A stretch of DNA of 64,000 nucleotides from NCBI RefSeq assembly GCF_001194135.2, contig NC_068991.1, positions 76,964,145 to 77,028,144 of the forward strand, read 5' to 3'. The position numbers and the translations under genes are program-made. The notes beneath the pieces are model-generated. The model ran no database searches. It saw only the letters and a program-made list of their open reading frames with translations, and was not told the DNA's origin. Source of the DNA: Octopus bimaculoides (Eukaryota). Shown piece after piece: positions 27,416 through 39,501 of the stretch. The stretch's first letter is position 1, and every line of letters starts with the position of its first letter.

Positions 27416-27639
27416 CCCAATTAAGTCCCAGAGTACTTAAATTTCTGAATATTACTTTTAAATTTTTACAGATGATTGAAAATAGGTTAAAATGAAAAAA
27501 ATAATTATTAAAACTCCTTTGCTTCAAGTAGAAATGGAAATACTCGGTGTCCTGTCAAGAGGACACAGAGACAATGTGTTATAGCTTATTTAATAATTTC
27601 ATTTAGTGTCCTATTTATAGGACAGTGGGACTTAATGGG
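27416..27639. mobile_element. piggyBac-type MITE (224 bp)
   Basis: TTAA|CCCAATTAAGTCCCA at the left and TGGGACTTAATGGG|TTAA at the right give a TTAA duplication with CCC/GGG termini. Internal palindromes GTGTCCT...AGGACA(C/G). Confidence 0.7.
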
Positions 27640-28699
27640 TTAATGATGGGTGGCATTATAACAGGCATCAGAGTAAATGGTTTAGAATGGTGCTCAAGTA
27701 AATAGGGTTGGATAAAATGGATTTAAATTTGTGGCATTGTCTCATAAATTATTTTTAAGAAAGTGCGAGAACTTATAGCATAACTGGTTAACGAAGTAAA
27801 GTGTTTTAGAAGAGAGTTTGTGGTGCTTACTGTGTTTCTTGTAATTATTCTTGTTTAATGATGTCCATACTTAAATATGCAAATGAGCCCTTTAAAATAT
27901 GCAAGCAAATCCTTTAACTGAGGGTGGTGGGTTTGTGCCAGTTGTTGAACAATTAATGTATGATTGAGGAATAAGAGCAGGTATCTTGCTGTTGAGGAGA
28001 TACATGGCCACCCCAGCTGAGAAGGGAGAAAGGAAGGTGAAGTTGAGTATCAGGATGTATGCTCAAGGTACACAAAGAAAGAATAGAGGATGACTGGACA
28101 GATATGCTTGCAAAAGTGTGAAAGGAGAGTGACAGATACTTACAAATGGGGACAGTGAATGCAGTGCATGGTGAACATAGATGGAGGCCTGTTCAATGGC
28201 GAATCTCAGTTTTGGAGAAGATAAAGGAAGATAGGGGAGAAGAGGAGGTGACACGTAATAGTGTGTAAAGGAGTGGGGTGAAGAGCAACAGTATAACAAA
28301 ATTGTAGATAGATGAGAAATAAGGAAATGATGTGTGTGTGGATGAAGTGGGGGTGAGGAGAGGGATGTATTGTGACAGATGGAGATCAGTTTTCATAGCC
28401 GTAGATATAGTGAGTCACAAACTGTGGAGGGGAGGAGGGTTCAATAGCAGTTATTAGAAGGTGTCAAGAAGAAAGGGGCTTTCAGTAATAAATAAAGTGG
28501 TAAGGGATGATGTTGAGAATGTGTGATGGGTGTCCAGGGAAGTGGTTCCAAGGAGAAGGATAACTGGTATTACAAAAGGGTGGATGAAATATGTACAGTT
28601 CTGCTCTCATAAAGTTAGAGCAGCTGAGGAAAAAGTGTCTTTAGAAGAGTGAAGGAGAGATAGGTGTTAAGATGAATTGGGGGTAAAGCTTGACAAATA

Positions 28700-29095
28700 C
28701 AGATTGTACAGTTCGATATTTAGGAGATGAAGAATTATGTACATTATTTACCTTTGACGAATATTTGTCCTCATCTTGTTTGCTGTTAACACAACGTTTC
28801 GGCTGATATACTCTCCAACCTTCATCGGGTGTCATGGGGAAATTTTGAACCTGGGTTCTCTTTGCTAAGGTATTTTGTTGTTGTTGTTGTTGCTGTTGCT
28901 GTTGTTGTTGTTGTTGTTGTTATTGTTGTTGTTGCTGCTGCTGCTGCTGCTGTTGTTGTTGTTTAGGAATGAGAATCCAGGTTTGAAATTTCCCCAAGAC
29001 ACCTGATGAAAGCTGGAAGGTATATGAGCCAAAACATTGTGTTAACAACAAAGATGAGAACAAATATCCATCAAATGTAAATAATGTAAATACAG
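28700..29095. mobile_element. Fold-back of two hammerhead-containing modules around a (GTT/GCT)n spacer
   Basis: Left arm (minus, about 28700-28875) and right arm (plus, 28963-29093) are inverted copies of the module at 62.26 kb. Both hammerhead cores carry mutations. Confidence 0.8.
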
Positions 29096-29129
29096 ATTGG
29101 ATGTGAGGGAATTAGCCATGAATAATATA

Positions 29130-29690
29130 CTTTTAGGACCTCATCTCTTGCTGAGATGGACTTGTCTTCTCGAGCACTGTGGATTGTCAATCACCTCAGT
29201 CTTTAATCATCTCCACAAGACTCAACAACCTGAGGTAGCCCTTCATTACTTTGTTTCACATCTTCTTTCTCTCTTCCATAGGTTGGATCCACATTTAGTA
29301 ATTGGTACTTTTTAATGCAGCTGTCCTCATCCATCCATATCACATGACCATACCAGTGCAGTCTTCTCTTTTGCACACTACATTTCATTCCTCTGATGTT
29401 CAGTTTTTCTTTCAATACATTTGCATTTTACTGGACATGCACACTGATGTTGCACACCCATGTGCCTAGTTTTAGCATGGCATCTGCATTTATGGCCCAT
29501 TTTTCACTACTTTGTAGCATCATACAATTTACCTTTCATGCAGACAGTTTACATTCTTGCAACTATACCTGGGCAAGATCGTATTCTAGCAACTATACGC
29601 CAGCCAGTCCATATTCTAGCAACTATACTCTTGGAACACCTCATTCCATACTAATAAGGTCCTAGGTATCAGTAACTATTTATTGTTTCT
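29130..29690 (-). mobile_element. Decayed RTE LINE 3' region
   Basis: Minus frames KEKLNIRGMKCSVQKRRLHWYGHV and GCSKSIVARIWTGW match the C-terminus of the RTE at 53.6-54.0 kb. Confidence 0.75.
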
Positions 29691-29705
29691 GAGGATCATA
29701 CTGGA

Positions 29706-29969
29706 TCATCATCATCATCATCATCATTTAACGCCCACTTTCCATGCTGGCATGGGTTGGGCGGTTTGACTGAGGAGTGGTGAGCCAGAGGCTGCACCAT
29801 GCTCAATCTGATCTGGCAAAGTTTCTACAGCTGGATGCCTTTCCTAAACCACTCCAAGAGTGTAGTGGGTGCTTTTACGTGCCACCAGCACAAGGGCCAG
29901 TCATGTGGTTCTGGCAGTGACCACTCTCAAAAGGTGTTTTTTACGTGCTACCTGCATGGGAGCCAGTCC
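29706..29969 (-). mobile_element. Family D RTE-tailed short element with two head units
   Basis: (CAT)n-TTTAACGCCCACTTTCCATGCTGGCATGGGTTGG tail, plus two GTGC/GTGTTTTTACGTGC...GCCAGTC units. Confidence 0.8.
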
Positions 29970-29974
29970 GTCTG

Positions 29975-30014
<40 letters not shown>

Positions 30015-30640
30015 CTTGTCTGTCCGTCCGTCCATCCATCCAGCTATCTATCTACCCGTCTGTCTATCTGTCTACCTATCCGTCTGTTTGTCCATCTGTC
30101 TATCTATCTATCTATCTATCTAACTAATTTTTCAAAATGGTTACATTGTAATGTAGGTTAGACAAGAACTAAAATGAAAAATAAAAACAAAAGAAGGCCT
30201 ATTGATTTAACCCTTTTTAACAACTACCAGAAAATACCATTCAGACATAGAGGTAGTAAATGAATACATTTATGAAAATGACAGTAGGAAACTAAAAACA
30301 AATTAGGAGAAATAAAGTAAATGAAAAGTAGAATTTCTACCAAAGACTTGATTTATTCATTGAAATTGTTTGCCAGCTTTAAGTTTAATTGGTCTGATAT
30401 TTGAATAAGCTGATTGAAATCCTCCATAATCCTTACTTTCTGATGGAGTAGTGACAATACAAGGGCTTTCTCATCATGGCAGAATGGAAGAAAGAGGAAA
30501 AGTTTTCGTAGTGGTATTATTATGCGAGAAAGAATTATTATCATTACTATTATTTTTATTGATAGCAGGTTTAATGATGATGATGATGATGATGATGGAA
30601 ATAAGCTCCTAAAAGAGATTTTATCCCTGTAATTTGTCAA

Positions 30641-30694
<54 letters not shown>

Positions 30695-31199
30695 CATTTT
30701 TTTTTATTTTGCTTTTGAATATCTCACTCTTAATTTCTCTCTTGTCTAAATTTACTTCAAACATCAAATGCTTAAAGATATTATATGTGTATATATTCTA
30801 TACATGAATACAGTTTGTGTACGTTTGCATATATATGTGTGTGTGTTTTTATAATTTTTCATGAGTATACATGTATATGTCAGAGTAAATTGGTTCGTCT
30901 TTACATGTAATTCTATATAAATGTATATAAATATATGCCATATATTTACACTCACACACAATTGCCAAATGGGAAAGCTTCTGTATATTGTAGTTTCCAT
31001 CAAACTAGTGAATGTAACTGGATCCTGAAATTGCCATATCCTAACATACCTGTGTATGTATACCTATGCTCTTACACCAATCAATCAATTTCACAATTAT
31101 GGGTGTATAATATTTCTAAACCACTAAGCAGTTAAGAATGAAATCTGTTTTTGAGATGAAAATTCTGCTTAAATTCTCTCAATGTTCCATACCAAAATG

Positions 31200-31280
31200 C
31201 CTTAGCTGTCAAAATCACATTTTGAAGCAAATTCTTGTCAATGGTAATTACCCTAACAACTTCATCAACAGCAAATACAT
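31200..31280 (+). mobile_element. Possible Penelope-like RT remnant
   Basis: HILKQILVNGNYPNNFINSK resembles the L..NGYP..FI motif at the end of PLE reverse transcriptases. Short and degenerate. Confidence 0.3.
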
Positions 31281-31559
31281 ATATCCTTCAGTAAACACAG
31301 ATGTTACTACAATCCACATAACCCTACTTATGACTTTATCAATTAACATGACAACAACTGGAAACCAAAAATAGATATCACACTCTAACTAATAAATGGA
31401 ACTTCCTTTGTTGGCTATCTCCGTTCAGTGGATATTCAACATGACAAACTACACAAGTAGTACAATAATCAATACATACTGCTACAATAATCTTAGTTTT
31501 AGCAACAATCGTTGAGTGCAATGGAACCATCCAGTTAAATCTGAGTTCTGGTGGTAGAA

Positions 31560-33307
31560 CAGGGTTCCCAACTTTTTTTTTTTTAGCTCATAGACTTCCT
31601 TTGGAACCATTAATTTTTCTATGCCCCACTAGACATTAGTGAATGGATAGTAGTAGATACAGGTCACTTTTGAAACATTTTAAAATATTTAATACAAATA
31701 AAATTTATCAAATAATAATGAAATTTTAAATATTAATTGTTTTAAATTAATTTTATTGCCATGAAATTTATTTCTATGAATATTAAAAAATTCATAACTT
31801 ATAATGAAGGCAATTTTTGAATAAAAATTTATAGGAATAAATAAACATTAAAAAAATTTCTTTTTCAAAGTGACCTGTTTTCTACCATTAACATAATAAA
31901 CTTCATAAAAAATATCAGTGTCTATTAATTGCACATTTATTCTCTATTCTATTTCACAAAAACAAAATCATTTTCTGGGTTCAATAAAACAACCATTTGT
32001 AATATTTTTCTGATATAACATGCATAACAAAAAAACTTCTATTGACACCCAGAAAATTAATAACTTCTAAAATATGATTACTTTTTGAAGACAAAAACAA
32101 AAATCTTTACCCCCCCCCCCGCCACTAAAAAAAAAACAATAACAACAAAACAAAACTTTTTACTGCTTTTATTCAGTAAGATCATAGTGACTGATGCAAT
32201 TTCATAAGCTTTTCAGTACTGGGGTCCAAACAAAAATCACCTCTACTTACACTTTTTATATGATTGTGAGATTTTGATAATTGGAAAGCCATTTGGCTAA
32301 AATCTGACTTAATTGGGTAAGAAGTAGGAAAGGCAATGAAATATAATTTTACTTCCTGCTAAATCAATGGGAATTTCACAGCAATTTCACTCCTTGTCCA
32401 TAAGTCATTGAGCCCATGATTAAATTTAGCTTGAGCAATTTGATTACTCTGCAACTGAATAGGTGTTCTTACAAGCTGATACCAACATCAGCTACATTTG
32501 TTCCAAAGTGGTTTACCATCCAACTTGGAATGTTCATTTCCAGGAGATCTTTGAACCCAATCCATTGTGCAATTTTTTTCAAGTGCTCAGTGTAAACCAA
32601 AATATCATCCTCTTGTAGCTCCTTATCATTGATAAGGGTTAAAAAATGCATCAACTCTTTATGCTCAATGTTTATTCATGAACAGATTAAGTTTACCAAA
32701 GAAAGCACTAGTTGCCTCTTCGCAAATTAAAAGGTTTGTATTTATACCTTGCAGCTCTTAGTTTAGCAAATTTCACTTTTCAAATATATCTGAAAGGTAA
32801 AATACATCACACTTGGCAGTTAGGAGTTCTTCTCCAAGCTGCTTACTGTTCAGAAATGTTACAACACTGTCCCAAAGTTCAATGAAGTGACAGGCAGTTA
32901 CTCTTAGAGACTGTCACCTGATGTATGAATTTCAAATCAGTAATGTAATATTTAATTTGTGCAAGACTTTCCTATGCTAACTTGATACTTTATTCATCAA
33001 TGATAAATTATTATTGAAGTGTCAAATGAATCTCCTTTTTTTTCTGTCATGATGGAACTTAAAATAAAGAAAATACTTTTTGTATCTGTGTACGTATGTT
33101 TTTATGTGTAGATTTTAAAGACATACAGATGGAAATAGAGTGGTAATAGAAAGTTTTAGGAAGAAATAGAGTGGTAATTGTGTAACCTCCTTCATTGAGC
33201 TTGTGACCCCTTTCCATTGAGCCAGTGACTCCCACCCCACCCACCCATTTCCAAAATTTTTCTGTGATTCAATTGAACTTTGCCAGGGTCCTGGTTGGAA
33301 AACACTG
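31560..33307 (-). mobile_element. Buster-type hAT transposon, internally deleted and decayed
   Basis: Termini CAGGGTTCCCAAC / GGTTGGAAAACACTG. Flanking 8-mers TGGTAGAA and CTGTAGAA carry a central TA. Minus frames give LSKSNCL..FIELWDSVVTFL, FKDLLEMNIPSWMVNHF and FIAFPTSY, all Buster/ZBED-like motifs with stops. Confidence 0.85.
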
Positions 33308-35880
33308 CTGTAGAACATTTATGTTCACAAAGTTGTACTGAAATATTACAGAGGTGGTTTACAATTGCCTTCCTCAAAAATTCAGCTTGTTACTTGTTTA
33401 AGTAATTGAACTTTTAAAATGATTTACTGTTTGGTGGACTTGGTCGTTTTGAAAATTAAGTGTCATAGGTACTGGCACAACATAGTGTTGCAAATAGGAT
33501 ATAACTCACCACCCTCTAGACGGACTGTCTAGCAGGCTCAGTTTTCATCTCATTTGATTCTCTTGGCTTTGGTTGATTCAGAGCTATGATAGAAGCCACT
33601 TATCCGAGTGTAGTGTAATGGGATAGAACCCTGAATGACTTGGTCACGAAGCAAACATTTCAATCACACAGCCATGCTTATACTCAGCAACAACCATACT
33701 AACAATAAAAAGAAAAATCATATATGTTAATAGCTTTAAACACATCAGTGCACACAAGTTCTTCTATAAAAACAATCCCCCCAGTTTTAGAGAACCAATA
33801 AAGTGTTATATTGTCAGATAGAGTACTTTGATTTGTATATAACCAAAACATGAAAGTCAGGGATATTATGATAGAAAACGATTTCCTAGCTACTTGGCTG
33901 AAGAGGCATTGAATGTTGCTAATGTAGTTCATAAATTGAAATGCTCATATTCCTAATAATTGCTACATTGGCTAGACGTTCTTGTCTCTTTCCAAATATT
34001 GAACAGTATGCCTAGAAAATAGAGTTGTAAATAACACCTGCACCTATACATTAAATTGTGGCATACACAAGCCAAGAGGGGAGCCTCTATGCAGTCATAC
34101 AAACTTCTAGAAATAGCAACCAAATATTCATATAACATATTTATGCTGCACTCTGACAATATTTATATGCAATCAGTGAAATCACAATTTTTATAATGGA
34201 CATTTCATTTGCTGTAGTGTTCATTCTTCTCACAGAAAGTCAACATTGTCCTTGACTTTGATGATGGCTATAGTGTAGTCATGAGCTTACTTTTCTTTCT
34301 TTACAATTTGAAAATTAATGCATTACTTCACTATGTTAATATGACAAGCTGTCAAGGGGAAAAACCCATTACATTGGTTAATAGGCTCTAGTTGTGTATT
34401 TAACTAAACAAGTTTGCATATAAAGTGTAAGCATACGTATATATGTAAATACATTAACACATGCATGTATACTAAAACACACACACACACATATGGGCAT
34501 CAGCTTCAATCAAAGTGAACTAGAGGTTCTATATTACTGTATTACTCAGAAAATTAATTCCATGTTTTTGTTCTAGTAGAGTGACTCAGTTGCGAGGTTG
34601 GCTGGTAAAGTCCTCTTTTTGTTGACCCACCATTTCTGTGGGGTTGAGTTGTGAGAAAGATTGATGTTGTGGCTTTATTAATTGAATGTAAGATCAGCTT
34701 GGCTGTATATATAACAAGAAAAGCAAAACTGCTAACATTTAACAATAGATTTTATTAAGAGGAGGTTATGCATATATACATATATAAATTTATCAAATTC
34801 TCACTGGTTACAACTGCATGTTGTAAGGGACACCTCAAGGGTTGACAACAGGATGAGCATCTGGCTGCAAATGATTGCGTCAGAATAACCATCCGATTTA
34901 TGCTAGCTTGGAAGGTGGATACAAAAGAATGATGATGATTAGTACATCATGCTTTCTTTTTAGTGTATGCATATGTGTGAGCTTATCTGTACATATTTCT
35001 ATATGAATTCAAATTTTGTGCAAAGGTTTGTATGTTTCCATCTTCTCTTGCACTGCACAAAATAGATCTTTATTGGAAATTTGTATTTAGTAATATTTTC
35101 TTTCCTTACAGCCACTGCACTATATCCCATTACTATGAGTTCTGTAACTAGAATAAAGTGTAAATGAAATCTTCCAAATAATAATGAAACATCCATAGTT
35201 TTCTTCACCAAGATCTAAACTTTACAAGTTATATAATGAAGTTTCTGATGATGCTAATTATTCTGGAAATTTCTCATAGAAATTTCTTCCGTACATATGT
35301 ATCTAAATCAATGTATGAATGCTTAATATAAATCACCAAGTGTGCATATTTCTAAAACAGTATTTTGTCTAATGTATATGTGGGCATGTACTTGAGTAAG
35401 TAGTTTTATAATGGGTGTACATGCAGCAGGATTTACACAAGTGTACCTTCTTATATTCAATGTTTATTTTGATGTGCTTGTATGTAAGTATATTATTGTT
35501 CATCAGTTTTGGAATGGATCAGATGGGTTTTTTTCTAAAATAAAAGATCCCTGTATCAGTTGTAGAATGGGATGGGAATTTTGTGTAATTGTCAACTTTG
35601 GTAGTTCAGTAAGTTAAGGGATGATGTGCTGAATGCAAAATATTCTCAATTGATATTCCGTTCTTAGCTGGAGAAAGAAAACAAAAGCCTACCGGTAGTA
35701 GTTGTTGGTGATTGTTAAAGTAAAGGAGAGATAATTTCAAGTAATTCAGAATTAAATAAATTTATGCTTAGGCAAAAGTCTGATCTTTTACCTAGTCCTG
35801 TTGATCTGGTAGTAGAGTTAGAAATATTTTCTGGTCAGTGAAATTTGCAGAATTAAAAATAAATGAGCTAAGTTAAGCTG

Positions 35881-35917
<37 letters not shown>

Positions 35918-35931
35918 CATATATATATATA

Positions 35932-36290
35932 ATCATCAGCAGTTAACATCTGTTTTCCATGCCATGCTGGCATGATTTGGACTGTTTGACAGGAGCTGGC
36001 CAACTGAAGAGCTGCCCAGGCTCCATGACTGTTTTGGCAGGGTTTCTATGGCTAGAGGCCCTTCTTAATGCCAACCATTTTACAGAGTGTCCTGGGTGCT
36101 TTCATGTAACATCAGTACGGGTGCTTTTTACATGGTACCAGCATCCACAAACTCACAAGATTAGGAATGCTCAACAGAAGAGGGATGCAGGGAACACACC
36201 TGTCTGCAAGGACAATCATGCTTTTATTCAACTTGACATGTCTTCTCAAGCACAGCAAACTGTCATCCTCTCTGTGAGTCCCAACATTTG
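35932..36290 (-). mobile_element. Older family D / RTE-derived element
   Basis: CATCAGCAGTTAACATCTGTTTTCCATGCCATGCTGGCATG...CCTTCTTAATGCCAACCA...GGGTGCTTTTTACATGG. Confidence 0.65.
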
Positions 36291-36304
36291 TGGGTCCTTT
36301 ATAT

Positions 36305-36513
36305 ACTCTTTACTCTTTTACTTGTTTCAGTCATTTGACTGCGGCCATGCTGGAGCACCGCCTTTAGTCGAGCAAATTGACCCCGGGACTTATTCTTTGT
36401 AAGCCTAGTACTTATTCTATCGGTCTCTTTTGCCGAACCGCTAAGTGACAGGGACATAAACACACCAGCATCGTTTGTCAAGCAATGCTACGGGGACAAA
36501 CACAGACACACAA

Positions 36514-36552
<39 letters not shown>

Positions 36553-36569
36553 CATATATACGATGGGCT
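36305..36569 (-). mobile_element. Family A SINE, young copy running into an assembly gap
   Basis: About 90% or more identical by eye to the reverse complement of 39000-39235, with CpGs retained. Confidence 0.9.
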
Positions 36570-37130
36570 NNNNNNNNNNNNNNNNNNNNNNNNNNNNNNN
36601 NNNNNNNNNNNNNNNNNNNNNNNNNNNNNNNNNNNNNNNNNNNNNNNNNNNNNNNNNNNNNNNNNNNNNNNNNNNNNNNNNNNNNNNNNNNNNNNNNNNN
36701 NNNNNNNNNNNNNNNNNNNNNNNNNNNNNNNNNNNNNNNNNNNNNNNNNNNNNNNNNNNNNNNNNNNNNNNNNNNNNNNNNNNNNNNNNNNNNNNNNNNN
36801 NNNNNNNNNNNNNNNNNNNNNNNNNATATATATATATATAAAGAGTATGAGTAAGTCATCAGATGGATTGCTTTGCAGTAATTGTCCTGACTCTACACTG
36901 ATTTAAAATCCTGCAATCTTTAACACTTTGCTTTAATCCCTTTTGGAGTGGATAAATAAAGTAGCAATTCTTTACTTGAGTGAGTTCTTCTTTTTCAGTC
37001 TCTCTTTCTGGAAGAAATTGACTGTGGATAGACCTGAAGAGAGCTGGGCTTCTTCAGGTCTAAAAATTCCCCAAACACACTGTCATAATAATGCCCTTAT
37101 AACTCCATCAAGGAATTGCAGTCCTAAGGC

Positions 37131-37169
<39 letters not shown>

Positions 37170-38848
37170 TTAGTAAGTGGAGGATCTTGATTACAAAAAA
37201 AATTTTGTTTTAATTATGAGGTAATTTTGATTAGAATTCTAATTTTCATTAGAATTTATGTTAGTTTCACTAGATTAGACTAAAAGTGGTTGCATAGTAC
37301 ATAAGCTATTTATATGCTGTTTTCTATACATATCTTTGTTGTCTTGGCAACAAAGTATATAGCAGGATGATTAAGGTGTTTACATGTAAAATGTGAAAGT
37401 TTCTCAGCTCTGATAAAAATATACTTTTTTTCTTTTTCATTTTTGACAGAAAACAATATTAAGAAAACCTTTTTCTTGTTTGAAAATTGAAATTTATACA
37501 TTACATACTCTCTACAAATACATACACATATATAAATGTATGTTTATACATGTATATATGTGTGTGTGCATATATATATACACACATATGTATTTATATG
37601 CACACGAGAAAATAATTTCTTCAGAACATTATCCTATTTTTTTTTTATTTCTGTATAAAAAAGAATAAAATAAAATAAAGAAATCATTATTTCTATTTTA
37701 GTATGATGCAGTACTGAAAATAGATTTCTTAAAGATGACGCAGAATGAAAAAATAAACAGCTGAACAAATTAATAATTTTAATTGAGAGAACTGCAAAAA
37801 CCTGCAGTAGATTTTGAAGTGATGCACAACTGTTATAGATTTTGACTATATTAAAATAATGATTTACTACATTGGCACAAGGCTATATAAATTTATAAGA
37901 GAGGAAGATGTTGATTTAATTGGCTCCAGAATATTACTGGTACTTACTTTATAGACTTCATGAACAAAAGATATAGTTACAAAGCATTTTGTGTTATCTC
38001 TTTATTATTTCTGCTGCTTGTTTTAAACAGATTTTTCTATGTTACTATACATTGGGGGCAGTTTTAGCATGTTTATATGTCTGTATCCTGTTGAAGCAAT
38101 AGTTTCTGTAGTTGGATACTCTTCTTTTTACTAATCATGTAGGCTCTACTCCCACTTTTCAATTACCTTGTCAGTTATATACTTTGCCTAGAGTTTTAAT
38201 ACAATGAGACTGTCGACTATGAAGAATCTTGTGATAGTCTGCATCAATAAATAGTGAAGTGAAAAAAGGCTCACAAAGTGGTATAAGTTAGTTTACCATG
38301 CGAAAGAAGAGTTATCTAATATTTCAGGTAGGGTTTTTCATTGGAGATAAAAGGAATTATTACCTGTATTGAATTATATGTAGTCTTATGAGCATGTAAA
38401 ATACAGTAGGCAAATATACTTATGAAAACTTAATCTAGAAAATGAAAAACAAATGATGAAGTTAGTCTAGTAGATAACTTAATTACTACAGCAATGCCAT
38501 GAAAGTACCGATATGATTTGAAATTTTGATCATTCAATAAGGTTTTGCTCTTGAAAAATAAAGGATTGAAGAGAAGAAGAAAGAAGAAAACAAATAAATA
38601 TAGAATCTAACCAAATATTGATTTCCTACATTGAAACAAGGTTGCAATTTGTTGGTGAGAGAACATAGTTGAATCTTATTTCAACTTTTAAGATGAAATG
38701 CAAAATTGGTCATAGTGGGATTTGAATTTGAAACATAGGGATGAAACTAAACACCAAAAGTCATTTACTCATGTATGCCACCAACTTCAAATCTTGCATG
38801 ATAACTTAAAAGAACAAAAGAATGAAAAAAAGAAAAGAAATTATAATC

Positions 38849-39235
38849 AGGAGTGGCTGTGTGGTAAGTAGCTTGCTTACCAACCACATGGTTCCGGGTT
38901 CAGTCCCACTGCGTGGCACCTTGGGCAAGTGTCTTCTACTATAGCCTCGGGACGACCAAAGCCTTGTGAGTGGATTTGGTAGACGGAAACTGAAAGAAGC
39001 CCGTCGTATATATGTATATATATGTGTGTGTGTGTGTCTGTGTTTGTCCCCCCCAACATTGCTTGACAACCGATGCTGGTGTGTTTACGTCCCCGTAACT
39101 TAGCGGTTCGGCAAAAAGAAACCGATAGAATAAGTACTAGGCTTACAAAAGAATAAGTCCTGGGGTCGATTTGCTCGACTAAAGGTGGTGCTCCAGCATG
39201 GCCGCAGTCAAATGACTGAAACAAGTAAAAGAGTA
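38849..39235 (+). mobile_element. Family A tRNA-derived SINE, full-length reference copy
   Basis: A-box-like TGGCTGTGTGG, B-box-like GGTTCAGTCCC, core GTGAGTGGATTTGGTAGACGGAAACTGAAAGAAGCCCGTC, internal (TA)(TG)n, 3' end AAATGACTGAAACAAGTAAAAGAG. Confidence 0.92.
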
Positions 39236-39458
39236 TGTATTTATGGTCACTTAATTTATAGCCTACCAGGAAAAGCTGTAGCAATGTCATCATGAGACAA
39301 TTTATTAGGGAGGACATACAACAACATCTTCCAGAGCCATTTGATTTGTGGAGGAAGTGATCTGTCACTGGGATAACTTGATTTATAGTACTGATAACTT
39401 CAGCAAAAGTAATTACTACTCATTGTTATCCAGATGTGTGTACGTGCATGTGCACGTG

Positions 39459-39501
<43 letters not shown>

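Noticed and set aside
27950-28640. Possible Penelope RT remnant beside the hammerhead fold-back (HPSHILNIIPY on the minus strand)
   Set aside because: There is only one weak motif in purine-biased DNA, which is not enough to link it to the hammerhead module. An HMM hit to PLE RT or GIY-YIG would revive it.
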